DNA of 64,000 nucleotides from the NCBI GenBank assembly GCA_050179755.1, contig JBFXEV010000001.1:201994-265993 (forward strand), given 5' to 3'. Numbering within the stretch: position 1 is the first letter of the stretch; each line of letters starts with the position of its first letter. The notes under the pieces are model-generated. The model ran no database searches. It was given only the letters and a program-made list of their open reading frames with translations, and was not told the origin of the DNA. The DNA is from Candidatus Babeliales bacterium (lineage in GTDB: Bacteria; Babelota; Babeliae; Babelales; JBFXEV01). Below, in pieces: positions 39,469 to 48,501 of this stretch. A program made the position numbers and the translations under genes.

Positions 39469-39810
39469 ATGGCATATAGCGTTAAATCTAAAAAAAGCGG
39501 GAAGACTTATTATCTTCACTCAAAAACAGTAACACTTGCTGGTAACCGCAAACAATTAATTTATTACTTTGCTGGCGTAGCAGAAAAAAATGCAATGAAT
39601 GCATTACCTGCTGGCTATGAAGTAATGGAAAACTCTCGCACTGGTTTGCCTATGTTACGCAAAGCTGGCGGTGCCAAAAAAGCTGCAAAGCCTGCTGCTA
39701 AAGCAAAACCTGCCGCAAAACCGGCCGCTAAAGCTAAGCCTGCTGCAAAACCGGCTGCTAAAGCAAAGCCTGCTGCAAAAGCTAAGCCCGCTGCAAAAAA
39801 GAAGAAATAA
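39469..39810 (+). CDS. Small basic protein with histone H1-like PAAKAK tail
   Basis: AAGGAG RBS; globular N-domain (YYLH...IYYFA...GYEVMENSRTGLPMLRK) plus Lys/Ala/Pro repeats. Confidence 0.85.
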   Translation: MAYSVKSKKSGKTYYLHSKTVTLAGNRKQLIYYFAGVAEKNAMNALPAGYEVMENSRTGLPMLRKAGGAKKAAKPAAKAKPAAKPAAKAKPAAKPAAKAKPAAKAKPAAKKKK

Positions 39811-39883
39811 GCGTTCACGCAAAATTCTTCGTAGCCTATTTTATAGGCGAAGTAGAATAAAAATTCTATTTTTTTGTCACTTG

Positions 39884-39915
39884 AATGGGGAGCTTAAAAG
39901 AGCTCCTCATTTTTA
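39884..39915 (+). terminator. Intrinsic terminator
   Basis: aatggggagct-taaa-agagctcctcattttt. Confidence 0.6.
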
Positions 39916-39988
39916 TTGAAGATCAAACTTCTGCTCATGAATTTCTGGTATACTAGAATTCCACGCACACAACACCAAGGGAAAACAC

Positions 39989-40507
39989 ATGGCACAACTC
40001 AAGCGAATGCTTTTTTCTGAATTCACCACGCGAGAACAAGAACTTATTAACGCAGCACTTGATGCAATGAGACGCGCCCAAGCACCCTATTCCAACTTTC
40101 ATGTAGGATCTGCAATACTCACTGATAAAAATGAAATATATGCCGGTTGCAACGTAGAGCGCTGCTCATACACGCAAACTACTCATGCAGAACAAAACGC
40201 AATTGATACTATGGTAGCGCATGTAGGATCAGCAAAAATCACCATGGTTGTTGCCGCTGCTGCACCAAAAGGTAAAAAAATAGAATTGAACATGCAATCT
40301 GTGCATAAGAATGACTTTATTGCATCACCTGCATATACATGCGGCCATTGTAGGCAAATTATTTGGGAAAATTGTTATAACGATCAATCAGTCAGATGCG
40401 TGCTTATTGCTGAAAATGGCGATATTTATTGCACCACCATTGGCGATTTATTGCCCTTCCCTTTTGGCCCAACAGCACTTGGCATTACGTATTCCACAGA
40501 ACGATAG
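39989..40507 (+). CDS. cdd: Cytidine deaminase
   Basis: APYSNFHVGSA, GCNVE, HAEQNAI, CGHCRQ. Confidence 0.92.
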   Translation: MAQLKRMLFSEFTTREQELINAALDAMRRAQAPYSNFHVGSAILTDKNEIYAGCNVERCSYTQTTHAEQNAIDTMVAHVGSAKITMVVAAAAPKGKKIELNMQSVHKNDFIASPAYTCGHCRQIIWENCYNDQSVRCVLIAENGDIYCTTIGDLLPFPFGPTALGITYSTER

Positions 40508-40614
40508 TTATAAAAAAAGGTGGCACCTGCAAAACATATGCCACCATAAATTTATTATATTAGCGTTCGCCCCAATCGAACCTTTGGTCAGTTGAGGGGT
40601 ACGAATGATTTTTG

Positions 40615-41097
40615 CTATTTTACTTCCAACAATTCAACATCAAAAATAAGATCTGAATTTGGTTTAATAACAGGGCCAGCACCGCGAGCGCCATAGCCTA
40701 ATGCCGCTGGAATAAACAATCTGCGCTTTTCGCCAACTTTCATGCCAGCAACACCTTCATCCCATCCTCTGATCACATTACCAGCACCAAGATTAAAGCT
40801 GAATGGTCTATTTCTTGAATGGCTGCTATCAAACTGCGTGCCTTCTTTGCCGTTATCATTTAACCAACCGGTATAGTGTACAGTGGCTGATTGACCACGC
40901 TTTGCTTCTTCACCTGAACCTACCGTGATAATTTCATACTCTAACCCAGACGGCATTCTTTGACGTGTCACTTGAACTGTTCTTTCGGTTGTTGGTTGTT
41001 GTGCGTCTTGCTTTTTGGCATCATCAGTGCCACATCCTGCAAACACTGAAAGCGATACGGCGCTTATTGATACCATAATAGATAATTTTTTGATCAT
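40615..41097 (-). CDS. FKBP-type PPIase lipoprotein (Mip-like)
   Basis: Lipobox FAGC; VHYTGWL, FDSS, VIRGWDEG, LIFDVELL. Confidence 0.93.
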   Translation of the reverse strand: MIKKLSIMVSISAVSLSVFAGCGTDDAKKQDAQQPTTERTVQVTRQRMPSGLEYEIITVGSGEEAKRGQSATVHYTGWLNDNGKEGTQFDSSHSRNRPFSFNLGAGNVIRGWDEGVAGMKVGEKRRLFIPAALGYGARGAGPVIKPNSDLIFDVELLEVK

Positions 41098-41214
41098 AAT
41101 AATCCCTTTTGGTTTAAATTAACGTAATTGATTTTAAAAAAAGTGTACCACAGAGAAAAATTAAGACAAAATCAAACTGACTTGAAGATAAAAAACTTGC
41201 AAAGTGGTTCCAGT

Positions 41215-41228
41215 ATATGGTACCATAT
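41215..41228. promoter_or_regulatory. Palindromic operator of hicAB
   Basis: Perfect palindrome ATATGGTACCATAT in the promoter region. Confidence 0.55.
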
Positions 41229-41264
41229 TATAAGATAATCTTTGGTTGAACCATAGGATCAGTA

Positions 41265-41525
41265 ATGGGTAACAAGCAGCAAAAACGTGGAAAGCTATAT
41301 TTGCAAATCCTATCCAATCAAATGTAAGATGGAAGGATATTGAAAATCTCTTTATCAGCGTGGGAGCTAAGATTTCTGAAGGGAACGGCTCGAGAGTGTA
41401 TAGAATTAAATGGAGTTAAAGCTGTCTTTCACCGGCCACATCCACATCCTGAAACAGATAAAGGGGCTTTAATGTCAGTTCGTAAGTTTTTAATAAATGC
41501 GAGGATATCTTATGATGAAATATAA
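41265..41525 (+). pseudogene. hicA: HicA toxin, two frameshifts
   Basis: Stitched frames give KAIFANPIQSNVRWKDIENLF...ISEGNGSRV/IELNGVKAVFHRPHPHPETDKGAL; shifts near 41283 and 41399. Confidence 0.85.
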
Positions 41526-41826
41526 AGGGTATATTGGGCACGTAGAATACGATTCTGAAGCAAAGGTATTTCACGGTGAAGTCATTGGTTTAAAAGATGT
41601 CATTACCTTTCAAGGCACTACTGCCGAAGAAATTGAACAGGCATTTAAAGATTCAATCAATGATTACCTCATATGGTGTAAGGAACGTGGCGAAGAACCA
41701 GAAAAAACTTATTCGGGAAATATTCGACTTAGAATGTCTCCTGATATTCATGCACGCCTTGCCTTAGAAGCTGCACGACAAAAAATAAGCCTAAATGATC
41801 TTATTAATCAAAAGTTATATAAATAG
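41512..41826 (+). CDS. hicB: HicB antitoxin
   Basis: MMKYKGYIGHVEYD, FHGEVIGLKDVITFQG, YSGNIRLR, SLN. Confidence 0.93.
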   Translation: MMKYKGYIGHVEYDSEAKVFHGEVIGLKDVITFQGTTAEEIEQAFKDSINDYLIWCKERGEEPEKTYSGNIRLRMSPDIHARLALEAARQKISLNDLINQKLYK

Positions 41827-41890
41827 TATATCTTGTAGAATAAGGCTCACATTCTTGAAAAATTATCAACAAAATCGTATATGAAAGACT

Positions 41891-42460
41891 TTAAAGAAAA
41901 ACTACTTTTTTATTGGCATATGCCACTCTATCGGCTTCTTGTATCGCAGGTGCTCCGCTATACCGAGCCCTGAACTTTCTTATGGCATTTTCTAGTTTAT
42001 GTATGTCACAACTTGTATGAGCAAATTCTATACGTCCCCCAAAACCAGGCTCTGAATATAAAATAGTAAAATCTACATCTTTACCAGGAGCCACATACGT
42101 GGACGATGAAAGCACTTGCAGCAACTCTGCGTTTACATAGTCAATCTCAATGCGATAATACCCGCGTCTTTTATAACGCTTTATGTATCTTTGAGAGATG
42201 TTAGTTATACCATTCCATGGGATAAAAAGATATTCATTACCACTTTGCCACGCATAAATGCCATCCACATTCATACCTATATGAATTTTATCAAGTAAGA
42301 AATACGCGTGATATGCAAAAAAAAGACCTATAAAGAATGGTATAAATAGCCATGTATATTTTTTTTTAGCATACATACTTATACCAATTAGGATGCAAAA
42401 CAATAATGTTCCAAGCGAAATAATAAACACATCTTGTAAAACCGCACAAATGAACTTCAT
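41891..42460 (-). CDS. Two-TM membrane protein, paralog family D
   Basis: GMNVDGIYAWQSGNEYLFIPWNGITNI. Confidence 0.65.
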   Translation of the reverse strand: MKFICAVLQDVFIISLGTLLFCILIGISMYAKKKYTWLFIPFFIGLFFAYHAYFLLDKIHIGMNVDGIYAWQSGNEYLFIPWNGITNISQRYIKRYKRRGYYRIEIDYVNAELLQVLSSSTYVAPGKDVDFTILYSEPGFGGRIEFAHTSCDIHKLENAIRKFRARYSGAPAIQEADRVAYANKKVVFL

Positions 42461-42477
42461 ATTTTTTACCTCAGCGC

Positions 42478-43065
42478 CTACTGCATTATTGCTTTTAGAT
42501 CTTTTGTATCAAGTAATGCACATGCGGCTGGCATAGCGCGTATATTGCCTTCTAGCCCTTTTATATCATGAAAAGGAATATAAAAACTCAAAGATTTTTT
42601 ATCTGCAAGCTCCGTAGAAAGCACTTCCAGATCAACTTCTTGGCACCGATTAACATATGTTGATAACCTACTAACAGTGAGTATTGCACCTTGCTGATAT
42701 TCTATATATAAATAATTATGCAAACGATGATTCACACTATATTTTCTTACTTCAATTTTTGTAATATTTTTCCAGGGGCAAAAAAGATATTGGTTGCGCC
42801 GCTGCCAAATACAAACGCCTTCTCTATTAACACCAACCATTAATTTATTTTTCAAATACACCAATTGATAATAAAGAAAAGGAGCAAAAAGAGCTGCAAA
42901 AACTATAAAGAACGCTTTATAGAAAGAAACTAAGAGTAAAAAAGCTAACCAGCCAAAATAGAGAAAGCGAGTAAAATACGAAGACTGATACGTATAGGCA
43001 TAAGTGAATTTCATGAGTGACACCATAAAGAATTGAATATTATTCTCATTAGTATACAGAGGCAA
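42478..43065 (-). CDS. Two-TM membrane protein, paralog family D
   Basis: GVNREGVCIWQRRNQYLFCPWKNITKI. Confidence 0.65.
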   Translation of the reverse strand: MPLYTNENNIQFFMVSLMKFTYAYTYQSSYFTRFLYFGWLAFLLLVSFYKAFFIVFAALFAPFLYYQLVYLKNKLMVGVNREGVCIWQRRNQYLFCPWKNITKIEVRKYSVNHRLHNYLYIEYQQGAILTVSRLSTYVNRCQEVDLEVLSTELADKKSLSFYIPFHDIKGLEGNIRAMPAACALLDTKDLKAIMQ

Positions 43066-43285
43066 TTATTAAAATACACCCCTGATTCACTCTTGTCCAG
43101 ATATTCATTTCTATTTGACATTATTTGATGTTAATGTATACTAATACTATAAAATACAGTGTATCAAACCTGTAATGGTATTGAATAACAGGGTCCCTAC
43201 AATGATTTCTGGTATACTAATACCAACTAGTATACATAAGCCAGTCCTCCGATTTAATGAAATCCAAAGATTAAAGGCAAACAGC

Positions 43286-44431
43286 ATGAATATTAAAAAT
43301 ACATTACTTATCTGTGCCCTTGTGTGCGCACCCCAAGCATACGCTATGAAAGCTAAAATGCTAGTTCGCATGGCGGCGCCGGTCACTGCTGCTGTACTCT
43401 CAGAAAGAATTGGCAAGAGCCTATTTGAAAAACCTTTAATTAAATCTGAATACCCTACAATGGGAATGAGTCTGTTTCCAATTTTTGATATACTCTCAAA
43501 AAAAGCTAAACCTATTGAAGAAGCTGCACCAGTGCTTGCGCGCGAGCATGTTTCCATTGAAAAACTTAATTACGGGGATTTACCCGCAATTCTGGAAGCT
43601 TTAAAGCATGCAACAGAAGATGATAAATGCGTGGTCGCACAAGAAGTTGCAGATCATCTTAAACGTTACAAAACAACAGCACTCATAAAAATGTTACAAT
43701 GTTCTACTAAAAAACCACATCGCAAGCTCGTGAATGCTGTATGTAAAAATATAACATCATTTAGAACAGCAGATATCATCGAGATCCTTAATGCTGATGC
43801 AAACTGCCAAACTCATAAATTACTTGCTCAAGCGATAGGGCAACATGCAACATATTTCACTACCTATTCATTCTGCGGTATACAGCTTTATGCTACAAAC
43901 GAATATCGCGGTGAATATCTGAGCATGCTCTCTCGATTACAACCTGAATATCAAAGGCAAGCGTTAACCCCTATCTTGCATTCACTTGGTGAGTATGACG
44001 TTCTGCGCCTACTGCGCATAGTAAAACAAGAAGATAATAAACAATTAATTCTTGAAGCATTCAATACTATAACTACTATTAATCTTTCAGCGTACAATGT
44101 ACGCGAGCTTGATCAACTTTTTAAATTAACTCAATCAGGCAATCAAAAAGTGGTAGCACAGGCCGTTGCAGCCAATATTGACGCATATAATGGCTGGCAT
44201 TTTTATAGCATATTTAAATATTGTACGCGAGAAAGTAAAGCCATTATTATTGCCGCACTCATGAAAAATTTTGAAACAAAAGCCAAAAGCTATGATAATT
44301 ATACGTTAGAACTCATTAAAGCAGAAAGCGAGCAACCTCAACTTGAACTTATAGAAACGTACACCAAACCAACCTATGTACCCGTGCCCGGCGCAAAATT
44401 TACCCTGCATACGGTATACAATAAGCAGTAA
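43286..44431 (+). CDS. Secreted helical-repeat hypothetical protein
   Basis: Signal peptide ...AYAMK; recurring helical units (VVAQEVA, LLAQAIG, VVAQAVA). Confidence 0.7.
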   Translation: MNIKNTLLICALVCAPQAYAMKAKMLVRMAAPVTAAVLSERIGKSLFEKPLIKSEYPTMGMSLFPIFDILSKKAKPIEEAAPVLAREHVSIEKLNYGDLPAILEALKHATEDDKCVVAQEVADHLKRYKTTALIKMLQCSTKKPHRKLVNAVCKNITSFRTADIIEILNADANCQTHKLLAQAIGQHATYFTTYSFCGIQLYATNEYRGEYLSMLSRLQPEYQRQALTPILHSLGEYDVLRLLRIVKQEDNKQLILEAFNTITTINLSAYNVRELDQLFKLTQSGNQKVVAQAVAANIDAYNGWHFYSIFKYCTRESKAIIIAALMKNFETKAKSYDNYTLELIKAESEQPQLELIETYTKPTYVPVPGAKFTLHTVYNKQ

Positions 44432-44467
44432 GTTTGCTCACGCCAGCCAATGTGCTATAATTAAACT

Positions 44468-44614
44468 ATGAAACATATTATAATTGCATCTCACTCTTCA
44501 TTCTCAGATAGTATTCAGGGCTTTAACAAAACAGCCATTAGCCTATTGTGCCTAAATCTCACTAGTTATTCTTATTGCTCTTATAATTCTGGGGAATTGA
44601 ATATACTTTCATAA
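44468..44614 (+). CDS. Tyr-rich leader peptide (48 aa)
   Basis: MKHIIIASHSSFSDSIQGFNKTAISLLCLNLTSYSYCSYNSGELNILS*; TGnTATAAT ends 6 nt before the ATG. Confidence 0.6.
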   Translation: MKHIIIASHSSFSDSIQGFNKTAISLLCLNLTSYSYCSYNSGELNILS

Positions 44615-44636
44615 CAATAGTTAGATATAAGATAGT

Positions 44637-44671
44637 AAATCCCCGGCATAAAAATCCGGGGATTTTTTTTT
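44637..44671 (+). terminator. Attenuator terminator 1
   Basis: aaatccccgg-cataaaaat-ccggggattttttttt just before the RBS. Confidence 0.85.
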
Positions 44672-44682
44672 AAAGGAATCAC

Positions 44683-45636
44683 ATGAAAAACTTAACAAAA
44701 CTAATAATCGCATTGAGCCTCACCTTAGGTGCAAGCGCATGGCTCATATTAAAACATAAACAACAACATACCACGTTAGGCCAAAAACACACCACTATTG
44801 GTATTTTGCAAACAGCATCACACCCTGCGCTTGATGCAGCGCGCCAAGGATTTATAGAAACACTCAAACAAGCTTTACCTGAAAACATTGAATTCATCGT
44901 GCGTAATGCAGAAGGCTCAATCCCTGCAGCGCACACCATTTCACAAAGTTTTAAAGCACATAATCTAGACGGCATTTTTGCAATCGCAACTCCTGCAGCA
45001 CAGGCAGCAGCTTCACTTATACACGATACACCTATTTTTATTGCAGCAGTAACAGACCCTCAAGCTGCGGGTATTTGTAAAGAAACTGTAGGTGGTTGCA
45101 CCGATATGGTTTCACTTGAAAAAACAATAAACTTACTGCAAAAGCTCGCTCCTTCTGCGCGTAACATTGCCATTCTTGCAAATACTGGTGAAATTAATTC
45201 CCAAGTTCAAGTGAGCACTCTGCAAGAAATACTAAAAACTCGCGGGTTAAATCCACTCATTTTTGGTTTTACTTCAGAAGCAGATGTAGCAACCGCAGTA
45301 ACTTCTGCCGCTCTTAAAGCAGACGCCATTCTCGTGCCAAACGATAATACAATTTCTTCTAGTATTACATTGGTGGCTGCACTTGCATTAAAACATAAAA
45401 AACCTCTTATTGCATGCGATACCATGCTCGTTGCAAAAGGCGTGCTGGCAGCAAACGGCGTTGATTACCATGCAACAGGAGTGCAAGCAGCGCACCAAGC
45501 GCTTGAAGTACTGCGTGGCAGCACAAAAGGAATGACTATTGAGCAGCCGCAACAAGAAATGATCATGATTAATAAAAAAGTTGCTGACACGTTGCAGATT
45601 AACGTGCCAGAAGAGCTAGCCAAATTTGCTATTTGA
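44683..45636 (+). CDS. ABC substrate-binding protein, TrpX/aromatic amino acid type
   Basis: IGILQTASHPALDAARQGF, AIATPAAQA, FIAAVTDP, VPNDN, GVDY. Confidence 0.88.
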   Translation: MKNLTKLIIALSLTLGASAWLILKHKQQHTTLGQKHTTIGILQTASHPALDAARQGFIETLKQALPENIEFIVRNAEGSIPAAHTISQSFKAHNLDGIFAIATPAAQAAASLIHDTPIFIAAVTDPQAAGICKETVGGCTDMVSLEKTINLLQKLAPSARNIAILANTGEINSQVQVSTLQEILKTRGLNPLIFGFTSEADVATAVTSAALKADAILVPNDNTISSSITLVAALALKHKKPLIACDTMLVAKGVLAANGVDYHATGVQAAHQALEVLRGSTKGMTIEQPQQEMIMINKKVADTLQINVPEELAKFAI

Positions 45637-45660
45637 AAACTTTTGTGCTAAGCTACTTCT

Positions 45661-45813
45661 ATGAACCAAACTAAAACTCTACCTCACAACTCATTACCAA
45701 ATACTGTGAATAATGCCCTTACAACGGCACATAGCACTCTTTTTGCTCAAATCTATACCTTTGCGTTTATTTACTTTAGTAAGCCGGGGCTTTTGAGCAT
45801 GCTTTTCTATTAA
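45661..45813 (+). CDS. Phe/Tyr-rich leader peptide (50 aa)
   Basis: MNQTKTLPHNSLPNTVNNALTTAHSTLFAQIYTFAFIYFSKPGLLSMLFY*; TGnTAAGCT ends 6 nt before the ATG. Confidence 0.6.
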   Translation: MNQTKTLPHNSLPNTVNNALTTAHSTLFAQIYTFAFIYFSKPGLLSMLFY

Positions 45814-45834
45814 AATATAAGAAATAAAAGCACC

Positions 45835-45868
45835 AAATCCCCGGCATAAACACCCGGGGATTTTTTTT
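45835..45868 (+). terminator. Attenuator terminator 2
   Basis: aaatccccgg-cataaacac-ccggggatttttttt. Confidence 0.85.
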
Positions 45869-45906
45869 GCCCAAAATTTACTTTTTTTATTTTTAAGGAA
45901 CTTATT

Positions 45907-46869
45907 ATGAACAGCATAACAAAACTCAGTATCGCAACAATTTTAACACTTATTGCAGGCGCAGTAGTACTCACTAGGTATCAACAACCTGCTGCCACAA
46001 ACATGCTCACCATTGGTATTTTACAAACTGCCTCGCATCCTGCGCTAGACGCCACACGCCAAGGATTCACTGACACCTTAGAAAAAGAACTGCATGGCAA
46101 CATACAGTTCATTATACGCAATGCAGAAGGCTCAGTTCCTGCAGCACATACGCTTGCACGAAGCCTTAAAGCGCACAATATCGATGGCATCTATGCAATC
46201 GCAACACAAGCTGCCCAAGCAATTGCCAACATGGAACAAGAAAAGCCTATTTTCATTGCAGCAGTTACCGATCCTCAAGCTGCGGGCATTTGCAACCAGA
46301 ATGTGTGTGGCTGCACAGATAAAATATCCATTGAAGCTACTATCAATCTCTTGCAAGAACTAGTGCCGCATGCGCAACGAGTAGCAATCATTGCAAACAG
46401 CGGAGAAGTTAATTCCCAAGTGCAAGTTAATCACATGCAAGAGCTATTAAAAAGCCATGGCTTAACGCCTATTGTATTCGGTTTAACGTCAGAAGCTGAT
46501 GTTGCACCCGCAACAACAAGCGCAAGCCTGAAAGCTGATGTGCTCTTGGTGCCCAATGATAATATTATAGGCTCAAGCATTCAACTTGTTGCAGCAATTG
46601 CTTTGAAACATAATAAAGCCGTGATTGCATGTGCAAATACGTTTGTGGAGCAAGGAGCATTGGCAGCACGTGGTGTTGATTATTATAAAACTGGTGCACA
46701 AGCTGCTCACCAAGCACTTAAAGTGCTGGTGAACGGTGTATCACCTCGAGAGATCTCACTGGCAGATCCAGATGAAGGTATCGTCACTATTAATACAAAA
46801 ATAGCTGATGCATTAAGAATAATTATTCCCGACGTATTACTAAAAAACAGCGTATTTGTTAAAGGATAA
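45907..46869 (+). CDS. ABC substrate-binding protein, TrpX/aromatic amino acid type (paralog)
   Basis: Same motifs as 44683-45636. Confidence 0.88.
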   Translation: MNSITKLSIATILTLIAGAVVLTRYQQPAATNMLTIGILQTASHPALDATRQGFTDTLEKELHGNIQFIIRNAEGSVPAAHTLARSLKAHNIDGIYAIATQAAQAIANMEQEKPIFIAAVTDPQAAGICNQNVCGCTDKISIEATINLLQELVPHAQRVAIIANSGEVNSQVQVNHMQELLKSHGLTPIVFGLTSEADVAPATTSASLKADVLLVPNDNIIGSSIQLVAAIALKHNKAVIACANTFVEQGALAARGVDYYKTGAQAAHQALKVLVNGVSPREISLADPDEGIVTINTKIADALRIIIPDVLLKNSVFVKG

Positions 46870-46871
46870 CC

Positions 46872-47696
46872 ATGCTATCACTTTTACCCATTCTTGAAGG
46901 CGTTATTGAACGAGGGTTATTATTCTCTCTGGTTGTTGTTGCCGTATACTTAACATCACGCATAATTAAGTTTGATGATCTTTCGGTAGAGGGCAGCTTT
47001 GGCATTGGTGGCGCAGTAACCGCTGCCTGCCTTGCGCACGATATTTCTATAATCATTGCACTACCACTTGCACTGCTTGCAGGAGCACTCACCGGTATGG
47101 CAACAGGCTTGCTGCATACGAAACTCAAGTTAAATAACTTAATGAGTGGTATTATTGTGACTACCGGACTATTCTCTATTGCACTTAAACTTGCATCCTC
47201 CAATGTTGGTTTATCACATGCCACTACCTTATTTACCTATGCGCCGCATACAATAATAGTATTAATTATAATAAGCGTATTAATTGCCTGGGGCGTGCTT
47301 TGGTTGTTGCATACAGAAGTTGGTTATATGCTCTACGCTGTAGGATCAAATGAGCGTATCCTCACTACGTTAGGCAAAAATATTGATACGTATAAAATTG
47401 GTTGCCTCATGCTTGCAAATAGTATTACCGCACTTGCAGGATCATTATTTGTGCAGTTAGTAGGCTATTTCTCCATATGGTCAAACGTAGGTATGCTCAT
47501 AATTGCAATGACAGGCCTTATTCTTTCAGAAATGATAACTACTCACATCACTTTCTGGAGTTTGCTTTTGGGCTCAATACTCTACCAAGGCATTATTGCA
47601 GCAACATTTGAATTTCAACTTGACCCTAGTTGGAACAAATTAATTACTGCACTACTTCTTGTAGCATTACTATCCATTAAACAACTACGCAAATAA
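46872..47696 (+). CDS. ABC permease (TrpY-like)
   Basis: DLSVEGSFGIGG, GLLHTKL, LANSITALAGSL. Confidence 0.9.
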   Translation: MLSLLPILEGVIERGLLFSLVVVAVYLTSRIIKFDDLSVEGSFGIGGAVTAACLAHDISIIIALPLALLAGALTGMATGLLHTKLKLNNLMSGIIVTTGLFSIALKLASSNVGLSHATTLFTYAPHTIIVLIIISVLIAWGVLWLLHTEVGYMLYAVGSNERILTTLGKNIDTYKIGCLMLANSITALAGSLFVQLVGYFSIWSNVGMLIIAMTGLILSEMITTHITFWSLLLGSILYQGIIAATFEFQLDPSWNKLITALLLVALLSIKQLRK

Positions 47697-47705
47697 GGCA
47701 TTACC

Positions 47706-48383
47706 ATGTTAGAATTACAAAACATTTCAGTTTCTTTCAATGATACGAAAGTACTCAATAATCTTTCATGCATCATTAAAAACGGTGCGCGCATTGTACT
47801 AGTGGGCGCTAATGGTTCAGGCAAAACAACGCTTTTTAATGTTATTCAAGGCAGCATAATGCCTGACCAAGGCCAACTCATTCTTGATGGTGTTGATTGC
47901 ACCAAACAAACAGCCCAGCAGCGTGCAAGCTGGATCAGTTGCTTGTTGCAAGACCCCACACGTAATACGGTGCCAACACTGACAGTGGCACAAAATCTTG
48001 CAATGGCGCTTTATAAAGGCAAAAAAGTACGCTTAAGAAATGGCGTAGCCACCCTGCAGGAGCACCCTGAAGTTAGTGCAATACTTAAAAAATTGGGGCT
48101 TGATCATCTCTTAGAACGGCCCATGGGCAGTATTTCTGGTGGGCAACGCCAATTAATTGCGTTTATTATGGCCACCATTATTCCGCCTAAAATATTATTG
48201 CTTGATGAACCAACAGCTGCGCTTGATCCTAAGGCAAGCACCTTATTGCTTGATTTTGCACAAGAATATATTAAAGAACATCAAATCACCACTTTGTTAA
48301 TCACGCATGATCAACAGATTGCAGCAACGTTTGGTTCAGAAACATGGCAGATGAAAGATGGTAATCTTATCACAAAGCTTTAA
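47706..48383 (+). CDS. ABC ATP-binding protein (TrpZ-like)
   Basis: GANGSGKT, ISGGQRQ, LLLDEPTAALDP. Confidence 0.93.
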   Translation: MLELQNISVSFNDTKVLNNLSCIIKNGARIVLVGANGSGKTTLFNVIQGSIMPDQGQLILDGVDCTKQTAQQRASWISCLLQDPTRNTVPTLTVAQNLAMALYKGKKVRLRNGVATLQEHPEVSAILKKLGLDHLLERPMGSISGGQRQLIAFIMATIIPPKILLLDEPTAALDPKASTLLLDFAQEYIKEHQITTLLITHDQQIAATFGSETWQMKDGNLITKL

Positions 48384-48501
48384 CTTCTTCTTACTCTCGG
48401 TTAACTTAAACCGCCTTTAAAGTTAAAGTTCGCTAGTTTGCAAAATTTAGCATTTGAGCATAAAATGACGTCAATACTCAATACATTAAGCGAGAAATTA
48501 T

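Noticed and set aside
39615..39818. Ala-rich hydrophobic ORF on the minus strand
   Set aside because: Antisense shadow of the PAAKAK repeats
44468..44680. T-box riboswitch upstream of the ABC binding proteins
   Set aside because: No T-box consensus (GGTGGNACC) or stem I motifs seen; leader ORF plus antiterminator explains the region better
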